Positions 25,147 to 38,616 of a stretch of DNA of 64,000 nt are shown here, one piece after another. Source of the stretch: Bugula neritina (lineage: Eukaryota > Animalia > Bryozoa); NCBI GenBank assembly GCA_964035545.1, contig OZ037773.1:6353751-6417750 (forward strand). The letters are read 5' to 3'. Below the pieces are notes generated by a model. It was given only the letters and a program-made list of their open reading frames with translations. It did no database searches and was not told the origin of the DNA. Positions within the stretch are counted from its first letter, which is position 1, and each line of letters opens with the position of its first letter. The position numbers and the translations under genes are program-made.

Positions 25147-28100
25147 TCAACAGCATGTCTTCTTTTTTGTTTTTCCTGGTGAGGTTTTGACGGGAGATTC
25201 CAGTTGAAAGGACGTTTCTATTGGTTGCTGGCGTTTGAACCAGTGTTTGTTAGACACAGCTGTAAAACAACAGAAATATTCACACTTACTTGAAATGCAA
25301 TGACTTCAAAATTCAAACTCCTAGTAGCTATGAGTTATGAATAACGCATATCATTGCAGGCTGCTTAAAGTTAACTCTGCTCCCCATGATTCACACTATG
25401 TGATTAGATTCATCATTTGATGCACGTGGAGACAATCTATGAGCAGTAGTGGAGAAATTGAGATAGCCTAAGATTTTTAAATTTCTATATAAATTTTTGT
25501 TTGGATCGTGGGCTGAAATTATTGCGATACTATAACTTTTTGCTACATTTTTCATGTAGACCACAGGCTTTTCCCAATTTCTCCATTACTGAAACCACCT
25601 CATGGTGACGTAGTGAGCTCGAAACATGCTTACTATATATATAAATATAGCAAGAATTACCACTTGAATGCTAACTGAATGATAAGTATGGGACGTGATG
25701 ACAGTAATAGACTGAGAGTCTGTCTGAATCATCTCCCTTACCTGCTACTAGTTTCTTGAAAGTTTCATCTATATTTATGTTGTCTTGAGCAGAGGCTTCC
25801 AAGAAGATCATGTCATGTGTAGCTGCAAATAACAAAGTAGTTAAATAGCAAGAGATCATACAAAAGGAGAATCTTTAAACTGTGTCATGACTCTAAAGTT
25901 ATAACATCAGTGGTTTCACTCAGTAGCACTGGTCTCATTCAATAGTACTGGTCCCACTCAATAATACTGGTCTTACTCAATGGCACTGGCCCAATCAACA
26001 GTGCTGGTCCCACTCCATTGTACTGGTTTCACTTAATAGTACTGGTCTCAATAGCTAGGACTAGTCTCATTAAACGGCTCTGATTTTAATTCAATCATGG
26101 TAATAAAATAATAATCCATTATAATACACATTATTACTTTTTTTTAAAAATAAATGATAAATATCCTGATAGAAAACAAAACAGAGGCTGTGAGTTGCAC
26201 CAGGCACTATGACTCATTATTTTGAATTCACAAATTATACATGACGGAGAAGTTGCAGGTGATTGATGTGAACTGAAGCTTCCTCCCGCATGGTAATACT
26301 TATCCGAGGTCTTCGGCTACTTGACATTTTAGTCACCAGTAAGCATGGAATTAAATTAATCTACTTTGCATAATAATATGCACATCAGAAAAACAAATTC
26401 AGGAGTATAGGAATGTAAATGTCTCCTTACAAGGCTTTATGATTATGTAAGGTTAAATAATTATATACCTTTTCTTAGACATTTTTAATTTCCTATATTA
26501 TAGAGTACATTCTACTGTGTAAAAAGCTTTATGCTCATTAGAAATTGAAATCTCAAGCTTTTTAATGATACAAAAAAGGTTCTAGTAGCTGAAGACCATC
26601 TTTTTCTATGTCTATTGATATTATGGGTGGGGAATATGTCCCCCCTACTCTCAAATTACTGTAAGTTAACAGTCTATAAATAGTATTGGCAGCTCCAGAT
26701 GTTTATAGAGTTGTGTCCCCTCACCTGCTAGAGATTCACCCTCCTCTGTGGTAACACTTCTCACGTGTCGGAGATCTGATTTGTGACCAATCAAGATAAG
26801 CACCGGATCTTCTAGGTTAGAGCTTTCCTGTAGCTCCTTCAGCCATCGCTCTGATACATCTTGGAAACTTGTGTGTTTAGTTATATCATAAAGGACTATA
26901 ACAGCCACTGCCCTGCTGTAGTACCTTCAAAGCAAAAGAGCATAACTTCTTCAAATAATACTTTAATTTTAGCCACAAAGTTTGTTAGACTGAATTCTGA
27001 AATTTATGTAAAATGAAATGAATTAATGCAAGTCTGCGAAAAAAACAAGTTTTAAATCATTAATGCCTTTGTAACCGGTTTTCTGTAGATTGATATGCAC
27101 AACCTGAGTAGCAGGTTTTCATCATGCAGGTTATAAAATACAGGATACACGGAGTTATCAGACTGGTAAAACTTCTGTTAGGTATTTGGACTGCAAAATA
27201 ATCCCCCCCCCCTACTTTGAACTCAGAGCTCTGTTTAATAATCTACAATTTCTTCACTTCATTTTTCAAAAGACCAGCAAACTCTGAACTTTGGAGTAAT
27301 ACAGTGCCAACTATTAACATTCTCAGAGTTTAAAGGTTATAGGTTATAAAAATGATTGCCTGACTCAACTACAGGCAGGCAGCTGTTCATACTTTTTCTC
27401 ACAATACCTATCAGAAATATGTCAGCAGTTAAATTTAAAAAAAACTACAAGTATAAACCATCTTTATTGTAAGGTGACATGCATTTGAAAGCCTGAGGAT
27501 CAGTTCTGTATACAATCACATGGTGCTACTTAAAACATATCATCCAATCACATGATTACCCAATGATATGTCGTCACCGAAAGCATATTATAACTGAAAA
27601 TTCCAAAAGGCTAGCTGCCTGATGATGACTCACAGATGGGCAAGCACTCTGAACCTTTCTTGACCCGCTGTGTCCCATATTTGTAGTTTGATTTTCTTGC
27701 CATCGTGAACGACATCTCGACACGCGAAGTCGATACCGATTGTAGTCCTGCTTTCCTGAGTAAACTGGTCCCAAGCATAGCGGGTCAGAAAGTTGGTTTT
27801 TCCAACTCCGGAATCACCAATTAAGACAACTGTGAAGAAATGAACACGATACAAGTTAACCACAAATCCCATTAGAAGTACCTTGACAGTAAGGAGTGGT
27901 ACTCTTAACCTCTAGCCATGCTGACTATACAAATTTGTGGCTTCAAATATGTAAAAGCGTTGATGACTCATGAAAAGACACAACTGTTTTGTTTCATAAG
28001 GCATATTTTAGTGGTCAAATGGTGAGAATTACTATACAGCCACACAATATGCTATTTATAACAACAGTTAATAGTTATTCTTATACCCAACAACACATGA

Positions 28101-29135
28101 CAATTTAGATCACTTCTATTTATATTTATGTTTCACTAAGCACTGGGTTTCTGACGCCAATCGTTGTACATAATTATGTGGATTGCTCAGACTATATATA
28201 GTATAACATTGGAATTCAAAGACAACGATGATTGAAATGCTTATATCAATTAACTTGTAATTCAACTCAGCTTAAAAATAGCACTTTTAAAAATTCATTT
28301 CTTAAAAACAAATTTAAATCTGGGGAGGGGGAGTTATGTCTAGTAAACACATTCTTCTCCAACAAAATCTAAGGCTACAGTGACCTAATTTGAGACACGG
28401 TGTTGACAAGAAGAGAACTTACAGCAGTAATTTGACCCTCTTATCAATGTGATAATTGATCAACATTGTCTCAAATTACGAATCTAATAAGGAAATAACC
28501 CTTTGAACAACAACAGACTTCTGGGTTAATGCTGGAATGTGCTGTTTATTTCCTATATTAAACAGTGTATTGACCAAGGAAGACCAAAATAATATGATTG
28601 TATTTTTCTTGGCTTTTGTAATCAAGTTATTTTACTAATTTGTTTTCCAGTAAAGTGTATATTAGATACTTTATGGTTATTTATAACTTGAGTTGAATTC
28701 CACTTATAATATGTCAGGTAGGTACAGTAACTGAGAAGTTGAGAAAAGCCTGTGTTCTAGATTAGAAATAAAGCAAAGGTAGTTATGTTCTCGGAAAAAT
28801 TTGAACCAATGCATCAAACCGAAATTTTAAAAGAAAATTATAGAACTTATGCTATTCAAGTTTTTCCAATGAAGATGTTATTGTAAAATAGGTTTTCAGG
28901 TTTTACTATTGGGCAAATAGCGCTTCCTATAAATTAGAGAACTTTGCCTTTATATTTACCCTGAAGAATTGGTTTAGATTAATATTATAATACCATTTAT
29001 ATAGTAAAATAATTTAAACAATGAACTGATGATTTAAAAAGATGTATTTATAAGTTCAAAATGGCAGCTACCTTTCCAGACTAGATCGTAGCTCTTGTTC
29101 ATATAATCCACTCTTGTATCGGGTGGGTCCATCAT
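25147..29135 (-). CDS. RAB11: Divergent Rab11-like small GTPase, 217 aa, 5 coding exons
   Basis: Exons 29135-29072, 27829-27634, 26924-26725, 25822-25742, 25259-25147. G1 GDSGVGKT, G2 TIGIDF, G3 WDTAGQE, G4 HKSD, G5 EASA, C-terminal CC. Rab11-type segments ERWLKEL and [10 protein letters not shown]; the 196-nt and 81-nt internal exons match the Rab11 intron pattern as I recall it. Rab identity is certain; Rab11 orthology versus a lineage-specific paralogue is not. Confidence 0.85.
25444..25591. mobile_element. MITE family A (~145 bp, TIR CAGTAGTGGAGAAATTG)
   Basis: TIRs CAGTAGTGGAGAAATTG ... CAATTTCTCCATTACTG; related copies at 28725, 31898 and 53810. Confidence 0.8.
25910..26070. repeat. 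Degenerate ~21-bp tandem repeat
   Basis: AGTACTGGTCYCACTCAAT-like units in Rab intron 3. Confidence 0.65.
28725..28871. mobile_element. MITE family A copy (inverted)
   Basis: AAAGCCTGTGTTCTAGATTAGAAAT..AGCAAAGG is the reverse complement of the internal sequence of the 31898 copy. Confidence 0.7.
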
Positions 29136-31196
29136 CGTGCTTGAATAATCTAACAGTTTGGTTGTGTGTCGTCGCTTCTACCAGGACACCTACCAACAAT
29201 ACAGGCACAACAGTTGATTGAAAATTATCTTAAAAACCATAATCTTGTAAAAATAGATTTAAATGATCATAATCATAATGATACTAAACAATTTTATGTG
29301 AAAAGAGTTTTAGTTACACAATTTTTCTCAAGTGGCCTAATTTAGTAGTATAAGAAGTTATCTGACCATGAAATAATGCAGTCACTTTACCAACCCTGTC
29401 ACCCAAATAAACATTTCAGCCTCAAAAGTCAAAATATATTAATGTTTTGAGTAGATTAGAAATTATAAGCTGTCAACTCCAATAAATTCTGTTATAGGGT
29501 TTCAATTTCGCATGGTTTGACTTTTGAGTCAGTCACTACATTTTAGGGATGAACAACTTAATGAGCAAATCTTCTATTGAAAGCCCCACGAATTGCAGTA
29601 GCTATATTTTAAAACGCAGTTACACTACACCCTTTAGAATGCTTTGCAGTAGCATATAAGTTAACCTCAATTAACACATCAAGTTGAAAGGTTAGAAGGT
29701 TAAACAATTTCTAGCCAATTCCACCATAAACTTTGTATAAATTTCCTTCTTAATTTTCAAAAAAGAGTAAATACGGAAAAGAGACAATTTGTAAACTTTA
29801 AATCTCCTCACACTCGAAAATGAAATGCACAAGAAGATATAAAAAGCTTTAGCATTACAATCCTGCATGGCAGCTTGTGTCTAATATGTAGTCTACTTGC
29901 AGCTTGTGCATTATTTCATTATAACAGACAAGATTATAATCAAGGCTGTTACAGTTGAATATTGTGTTCAATCATATATTAGCTGAATGCATTGCTTTGT
30001 ATCAATGTGGAATAGATGGAGTGCAGGTGGGGCATCAAACGGAAGAGCTGGTATAGTGTCTAAACAACTCACTCAGAGGTAGGGCATGCTGCTAGACAGA
30101 TGGCAGCATTGATAATACATTAAGTCTTGGAACAAACACAGCAGTTCGCCAACTTCAACTGAGCCCAAATAAGCTTGAAGTTATTGTTACTATAACAATT
30201 TATTCTAACACACACACACATGCACACATATATATAGTATCATACGAGTATTAAATTACTAGCTAAAATAAATCTAGCCTATTTGTTACATACCATATAC
30301 AAGTACATGAGAAAGAATGCTACTATATAGTATGTTATATAACAATGAAGCATTATGGAATATGTTGAAGTAATGCAAAAACCATATTCAACAAATGGAT
30401 ATACAACTATATTTTAAGGAAAAATACAAAGATGCAGTTTTTCTTTAAAATCTGTGTTCTTTCAACAATTATCGCAAGCAAAATTGTACGCACACATAAT
30501 TGGCAAATGTATAATAATTTTATTTTTTGCATCATGTACGTAACTCACAAATAGTACGCGTTAGATTTTTCATACCTGCGCATACTTCAATGTTTGCCAG
30601 CCTGAGATAAGAGGAACTCTGTTTCAAATGTAACCTCAAACTAACAACTAGCAGAAACCAAAGCAAAGCAAGAAATTACACCTTTACACTAGGTCTAAGG
30701 TGATACAAATGTGAGCAGTGATTACTTTATAGCTTGTGCATCCAACCTCTGATGGGTAATATCAATCATAATTATACGTTGTAGCATGTCATGAAGTATG
30801 CTTTAACCTTGTTAAGGTTATGTTAAGGTCAGGTAGCTGACCATTGGACACCGTCCAGTACCACCTTTTGACTTGTAATGCGTAACCTTTTCCTAGTAAT
30901 TATGGTTTGCTACTGGTAGATAGATGATTTCCTAATTATCAATTATTGGCAATACTTGATTCAGTTCAATAGATAGCTGCAGTGAAACTTGTAGGTAATT
31001 AGTTTAGTATGAAGGAGTGTTTGTAGGGTGTGTTAAGTGACCTGACAAATTACTACCTACATTAACTATACAACGTTGTTTGATAACTCAATGGGAGTGA
31101 TGCCAAAATATAATAAAGAATACATTCATGCATTTAAGAACAAAAACTACTTGTGATGTATTTTCCACTGACATATTGTATAGCTGAAACAGCACT

Positions 31197-31808
31197 AGGG
31201 CAGTACTAGCACAGTAGTAGCACTAGCTAACATTATTACTAGTACTAGCTATAGCATTGACACTAACTAGCACAGTAATAGCACTAGCTAACATTATTAC
31301 TAGTACTAGCTATAGCATTGACACTAGCACAGTAATAGCACTAGCTAACATTATTACTAGTACTAGCTATAGCATTGACACTAGCACAGTAATAGCACTA
31401 GCTAACATTATTACTAGTACTAGCTATAGCATTGAAACTAACTAGCACAGTAATAGCACTAGCTAACATTATTACTAGTACTAGCTATAGCATTAACACT
31501 AGCACAGTAATAGCACTAGCTAACATTATTACTAGTACTAGCTATAGCATTGACACTAGCACAGTAATAGCACTAGCTAACATTATTACTAGTACTAGCT
31601 ATAGCATTGACACTAGCACAGTAATAGCACTAGCTAACATTATTACTAGTACTAGCTATAGCATTGACACTAGCACAGTAATAGCACTAGCTAACATTAT
31701 TACTAGTACTAGCTATAGCATTGACACTAGCACAGTAATAGCACTAGCTAACATTATTACTAGTACTAGCTATAGCATTGACACTAGCACAGTAATAGCA
31801 CTAGCTAC
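31197..31808. repeat. 57-bp minisatellite, ~10.5 nearly identical copies
   Basis: Unit ACTAGCACAGTAATAGCACTAGCTAACATTATTACTAGTACTAGCTATAGCATTGAC. Confidence 0.95.
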
Positions 31809-31897
31809 TAGGTCGCACACTACTATAAGCAGAAAAAAATGACTCACAAACTAATACCCGTATATGTAATCTACTTTTAGAATTGAACATTTAGGAA

Positions 31898-32038
31898 CAG
31901 TAGTGGAGAAACCTAAGTTCTTTAATTTCATTATTAAACTTTGGTTTGGGGCGCGGGTTGAAATTCTTGTGAGAACATAACTTCCTTTGCTACATTTTTA
32001 ATCTAGAACACAGGCTTTCCTCAATTTCTCCATTACTG
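31898..32038. mobile_element. MITE family A copy
   Basis: CAGTAGTGGAGAAA ... TTTCTCCATTACTG termini; internally similar to 25444-25591. Confidence 0.8.
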
Positions 32039-35000
32039 CACCTACCTGGAATTGAAGTTAAAAGAACGTTGAAAGTTTGAAAAAACAGACTGGGCTCATG
32101 AGTGATACATATTTTCTACAAGTTTACAACTTAGATTTTTTGCACGGGCAGATAACTGCTCCTAATGTAGAAATCCACTAAAACTAAAGCTATATTATTT
32201 TAAAGATTCAACTATGCATCTAACTCTAATCATATATAGCATAAAGTAAAAATTGCTATTTCCTCTATGGCTAAAGTTTCTAAAGTTGAAGCCGAGAAAT
32301 GGAAAGTGAGTGCTTTTAGTCATAAACTTATTCACATAATCCATAGAACACAGGCTTTCCACAAAACAATCCTTGAACCTATAACCTTCAAAGCTTCTAC
32401 TTACTAGTAACTATAGAGGAAACTCACTCTCTCAATACCATATGCTAGATATTATAATCAGTTTAAGAAATCATGAAATGACACCTTGATGAAAGTAGTT
32501 TATACTTGTATAGCTAGTAGGAAGCTAGTAACCGATTTATTCAAATTCTAATGCATATGTAATCGAGCCTTGACTTGGTTGTAACAATGATTCCTACATT
32601 CCTACAAATTTCAGTCCTTTCAACTTAAGCGCATTAGTAGTGGTAGTAGTAGCATTCAGTTTCTGCGCTAACAGTGAAATTTTTAACAATCTTACTACAA
32701 AATAAAAATAATCTGAACACCTTAAGGCTACATTTTAGTAAATATTCACACATCCACCAACGTATAGGGATTATAGAGCTGTCAGAAGGATAAACTAAAA
32801 GTTACTCACCCTTGTACAGTGTATACAGTATGTTTATAAATCAATTGAGATTAGTATTTTGTACAACAATGATTAAAAAGACTAAACCACATATGGCGGG
32901 AAACAGTGACAGTGTGTTGTACACCAAAATATATATACCACCAAGTGTTGCATAATGTGGACACAAAAAGAAAGGAATTGATCAACTGAGATTAACTATC
33001 ACAATGAGTCATTCATCAGTTCAATAGCCCGAGTGACTATATAATCAATACAATATACCACAAGCCAATGAAATGGTCCAATGAATAAATTGCTACAGTT
33101 AACTGCGTTAAGGACACGTAATATTCCATGTTGTCACCTGAGACTTTTACTTTAGTCAGGTTTACAATTTTTACTTCGGTATAAGTTGAGTGGTGTTCAC
33201 ATTATTTTATGGGAACACAACTTCCCATGTTGATATTATTTGTTGGAACTGATGTTATATTGCATAATAAACTAATTGCACCAGTTGGGTGCAGTAATGG
33301 AAATTGTTGAAGAAATATATCTCCATTAAATGGCATTTTGTTAAAAGCTTTTACACTTCTGTTAGACCAGTGTGTTAACATGTGTGACTGTGTAGAAGAC
33401 AATGGCTGAAAGTTCTTTTAGATTTGTTGAAAGTGTTAGACGAGCCTTTCAAATATTTACTTGAGGTGTTAGATTGTTAGAACTTAATGTTTAATATATA
33501 TCGACACTTGTGAGATTTGTTGAAAGCATTAGACAGAGCCTTACAACTATTTTGTTGAAGTTTTAGATAATAATTGGTTAATATATATCTTTGTTACTGT
33601 ACCTACTATTGCACACAACATTAAAGTGAGAGTTACAATACAATAAATGTCTAGAAATAGCAACTAGAGCAGTAGTTTTAGATTACTCAAGAAATCTAGT
33701 GCCAAGCAGAAAACTTTTGCAAGTTTAGAAAGTTGTGTTGAGAGCCACCATAAGATGCATTTTCATGTGACTTGAAAACCTGTCGAATGCTGTAATTACG
33801 AATATAATTTATAATTGGCTTTCAGAAGCGATCAATAATATCATAAAATGCTTCAAATAAATGTGTAAAAATATAATTAATTAACACTTCCAATACAATA
33901 AAATCATGAATACCATGACATAAAACACGCATGGCTTGGAAACCAGTTCTGTTACAGCAGTGCAAGCTGTATAATGTCAGGATGGAGAAAGTTTGTGCTG
34001 TGTCATGACCATGTAATAGCAAAATTTATAACACATGTGATAAGAAATGCAGGTTAAAAAGAAAGCAGTCATGAGTGAGTAATGCAGGTAAACAATGGGC
34101 TATTCATATTTTAAAAGTAGTCAATGATGTGTAATTTTGCTCTGTTGATGGTGGCAAATTAGTATTGCCGCACTATGGTACACCACATATACTGAATAAG
34201 CTTATCTGAATGCTTAACAACACATAAACAAGTTATCCAATTCTTGCATCACTGACTGTAAACTGTTAATGATGACTAATGAGTAAAAACTAAAGATTTT
34301 TGCCTCCACTGGGTTACTAAAATGATAATAGCAAAGCTAATTGATTATTCACAAAAGGTTGGGGGCTCACGGGTACAGCCCATCACTAGCTTTTGAAATC
34401 GATGGCTAAATCAATGTAAAATGTAGATAGTATATAGTGTGTGCTAACTTTTTGTGAAGCTTAGAAGTAAAGTGGAATGAACAGTAAACAACATTGGCTC
34501 ATTGAGACAAATAGCATATGTCTACTCTATATACCATATATATATAACCTATATATATTGGCCTGACAATCCTCTTAAGGTTACACAATATGACGCCCAT
34601 CTTTCTCATAAGGTACATTGAACTCTTTACTATGTCAAAGAGGCTGGTTAACATAATGACCAAAGATATAGGCTAAAATTTCAACTCCAGATATATTTTT
34701 TATGGGCAAAATACTCAATCATATATGATATATTCCTGTTGGAAACCTTTTCAATACGTAGAACCAAAGCTATTCTGAGCCATCAGTTTAGAATAACCAG
34801 ACCTGAACTTTAACTCCACATATCTGATCACAATCGTATAAAAAACGAGATATTTGAGAACTTATATATAACACTTAATTAAATGGCATTCACCCTGTAA
34901 GCACGTATAACTTCTTAATGCATAGTAAAAGAGGTGAAATGTTATTTTTGAGTGCTTCTTTGAAAAAGCTCTCCCCTTTTGCCAGAAACATCTTTCAATT

Positions 35001-35455
35001 CTTCAAAGTTTAATTGAATTAATTTTATGTTATAAAAATAGATGAATTGTTTCTTTAGCAAAACATGATTTCTTGACATGTAATAAAAACAACTATCTAA
35101 GACTGAATATTGTATTTACTTTTAACTTACCTGATAATACTAACTGGAGATAAATTTTATTATTTGTAATCCAAATGACAGACTCCCCAAGCGAGCTATT
35201 GTATAACTAGCTAGTCAACTTTACTATATAGCTAACTGCAGACGAACTACACCTATAGTCAGTCACTTTTACTATGATGTTATACTAGTCACTTTTACTA
35301 TGGTACTACTCTACAATACACATCACTAAATTATCTGACAGTTCCTAATCCGCAGTATCAAAGTCACTCCTAGTTTATGGTGAAGCTCATAACACAGCTG
35401 TGAATGCATTCACTAGTTTTTCGTACATCAACAGTTTAACCAATATCTAATTATG

Positions 35456-35470
35456 GTTGCCAGGGGCAAC
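35456..35470. promoter_or_regulatory. RFX X-box-like site GTTGCCAGGGGCAAC
   Basis: Perfect GTTGCC/GGCAAC half-sites with a 3-nt spacer; CCAAT motifs at ~35440 and ~35552; strong minus-strand donor at 35130. Confidence 0.45.
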
Positions 35471-36496
35471 CTATTTCACATAAAAAACAACATGTTACTA
35501 TACAGTCTATACTGTAAGGGTTTAATTCAATTTCTCCGAATTAGTCACTTGATTGGTTAAGGCTGCGGCAAACCATATCAAGCTTTGAGAGTGCAACATG
35601 AATAAGAGGAAACACTAACCTAATTCAGATGTATGGAAGGATAGCTGTGTGGACACATAACTTCAAGATCTGCAAATGCATTTTACACAACTAATGAAAA
35701 TCATAGCATATCATTGTATGGTGATACTACTTCTTCTATTATCTCATTTATAACTGGCAGTAATAAGGAATACAGGAAGTATCTAATTCCAGGAGGTCAA
35801 AAGGTAAACATGCCAGTATTAATTATTATCAATTAGATAAATTTTTGTATACATTGTAACCACTATACTAGCTGGTGGCTGTAAACATTAGAAAGCATTT
35901 GTTCCTTAGCTATAAGTATGAAGTTTTATTACGTTCTACACTTGCACTAATAACACATTATGACATTAAACTATATGTATCCCACAGGTCATGCAAGCTT
36001 TGGCCATTGTAGGCTACTTAAAGTTTGAATATAGCAATTCAACTTTTAGAGCAAATCTATATTATGTTTATTTAAATCAGCTATTGTGGTATATTTCAGC
36101 TAGTGCAAAAGAGTGTCAGGTTTGCGGACAGGAGTTATACTTTCTCAACAAAAAGCTACCTTAAAGTTTTTGAAATTGCCTTTTCCAGAAAAATATGCAT
36201 TATAAAAGATATTTTTTAGAGAATTGCTAATTTGGTGTGCTAATCATTATAACATTGCATTGTGGTTGTAATACACTATATAAGCCATTGTGGTTGTACT
36301 ACATTATATATTATAAGGCATAAGCCATTGTGGTTGTATTACATTGAATGATAGGTGGTAATAATGGTATTACATGCACAGTTACATTAGAGCTGTCTTA
36401 CATGTTGTAGATTTTGACAGCATATTACAAACAATGGTAGTAACCAAATAGATTATAGACTGTGGGAGTCTTGTTGAAGCACCTAAGATGGTGTGA

Positions 36497-37000
36497 GGTG
36501 GTTGTGCACCAATTACTGTCAAGTGCTAGCAAGTGACTGTGACCCAATGACTGTCAAGTGCTAGCAAGTGGTTGTGCACCAATTACTGTCAAGTGCTAGC
36601 AAGTTGCAATGAAGCAACTACTGTTAGGTGCTAGCAAGTGGTTGTGACCCAACTACTGTCAAGTGCTAGCAAGTGGTTGTCCACCAATTACTGTCAAGTG
36701 CTAGCAAGTGGTTGTGCACCAATTACTGTCAAGTGCTAGCAAGTGGTTGTGACCCAATAACTGTCAAGTGCCAGCAAGTGCAAGTGGTTGTGACTCAATT
36801 ACTGTCAAGTGCTAGCAAGTTGCAATGAAGCAACTACTGTTAGGTGCTAGCAAGTGGTTGTCCACCAATTACTGTCAAGTGCTAGCAAGTGGTTGTGCAC
36901 CAATTACTGTCAAGTGCTAGCAAGTGGTTGTGCACCAATTACTGTCAAGTGCTAGCAAGTTGCAATGAAGCAACTACTGTCAGGTGCTAGCAAGTGGTTG
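36497..37000. repeat. 35-bp minisatellite, ~14 copies with a recurring variant unit
   Basis: Unit AATTACTGTCAAGTGCTAGCAAGTGGTTGTGCACC; variant AAGTTGCAATGAAGCAACTACTGT at 36601, ~36817 and ~36957. Confidence 0.95.
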
Positions 37001-38380
37001 GGCTGTGGGTATCAACATTTTCATCTTTTCCTTTTGCTCTTCTTCATCAATAAGTACCCATTTAAATTCTTCTGCCAAATACAAAAATAATAAAACTGTT
37101 TTCAAATTAATAAAAGATTTCTAACTAGGCAACAGTTATATAACCACCATTGTTCCAGCTGATGCAGTGTCATGCCAATAAACAATATGAAAACAATAAG
37201 TTTATACTTGTGTCCTTGGGGTCAATAACTTGACCTCATGAACACAAGTATAAAAGTACTTTTTTGAACTGTAACTCTGATTGAGAAAGGCAGCTTATTT
37301 GATCAGATGTTTGAGTATTCTTGCTTTAGCCTACGTAACTAATTCTGCACACTTTAATTCTATACCTTTGACAAAGATTACAGAAGCAGACCCATGATAT
37401 ATTCATGTTTATATACTGAATTTATATACTGAATATTTGCCACAAACAGTTGCAAGATTGTACCTTGTGCATTGAGCCAGAGTTTGGATGTCTTGAAAGT
37501 GCATTAATAGATACAACCACGTGGGCCATAAGCTATTAGGGAAGCTCAATAATTAATTGTTTGTAAATTCACTTGAAAAAATTTCTATTCTTCTAAAGTT
37601 TATAAGCACAAATTTGGTTTTGAAGAGAAAACTACATTATAGTAGAAGAAATCTTTCAAGCCTCCTGTCTATGAACTGAAATATATGTTAATATTGAGAG
37701 TCCTCATGGTGTGTAAACTAACATATTATTATGGTGAGTTTTTATTGGGCAAAATATTAATATAGTGTCTATATAATTGCAGTATCTGCATATACAACCA
37801 ACTATTAAAATAAATGCAATAAAAATAATTCATTAATTTAGCTCTAGCTATGTAAAAAAAGGGGGGGGGGAGGTGTTTAAGGAATCAAGGAGTGTGAGTG
37901 GAAAAATGGCTTCATGCAAACAGATAACTTCCAGCTGAATTTATCAAAATTTAATTATATTTGTAAAAGTTTATAAATTACAAAATTTGAAAACGAACTG
38001 CTAAAGAAAATTTATTTTAAATTAAAAAAAATTAAACTTGCATTTGTAGTAAAAAGTATTAAAATTCAGGAGAAGAGTATAATAAATAATTTATCAATGG
38101 AATGTATTAATAAATAAATGACAGTCTGTGATATAAAGTTATCCCACCTAACACTCATATGCAGGTATATATAACCCTAAAAGGAGTTCTAATGAAAACT
38201 CAGATTATAGTAAGTAACGCAGAATTCTATAACCAAATTGCACAAAAAATATTTTTCTATAGAGCCTATTCTATAATTATGAGCTAAAGAACTACAATAA
38301 AGGAAATGTGCTGTCTACGATTATGGAAAGTGGAAACCATCTGAAGTAATAATTTACTTCTGTAGCTACACTATCACTAC

Positions 38381-38532
38381 GTTTCCTAGCTTTGAATTAT
38401 GCGAATGAATTTGTCATTCTATGTTTGGAACCAGTAGCATCGAATGAAACTGCAATCATAAGTTCATGCAAATCACAACCACAAATTCATCGTATATGAG
38501 CATCCTTTTGCATAATTCGAAGTAATGGAAAC
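38381..38532. mobile_element. MITE family B (~150 bp)
   Basis: Imperfect TIRs GTTTCC..CTTTGAATTATGC / GCATAATTCGAAG..GGAAAC; second copy at 9101-9224. Confidence 0.7.
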
Positions 38533-38616
38533 ACAGTTTATGTTCTGGAAAAGAGGTCTTCGCGAGAAAGGAAAAGGGTTTTGGTTTGCGATAGCCTGAG
38601 ATCAACTCACACTATC

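Noticed and set aside
31257-31842. (TSTVIALANIITSTSYSID)n ORFs
   Set aside because: Translation of the 57-bp minisatellite; no ATG start or splice context.
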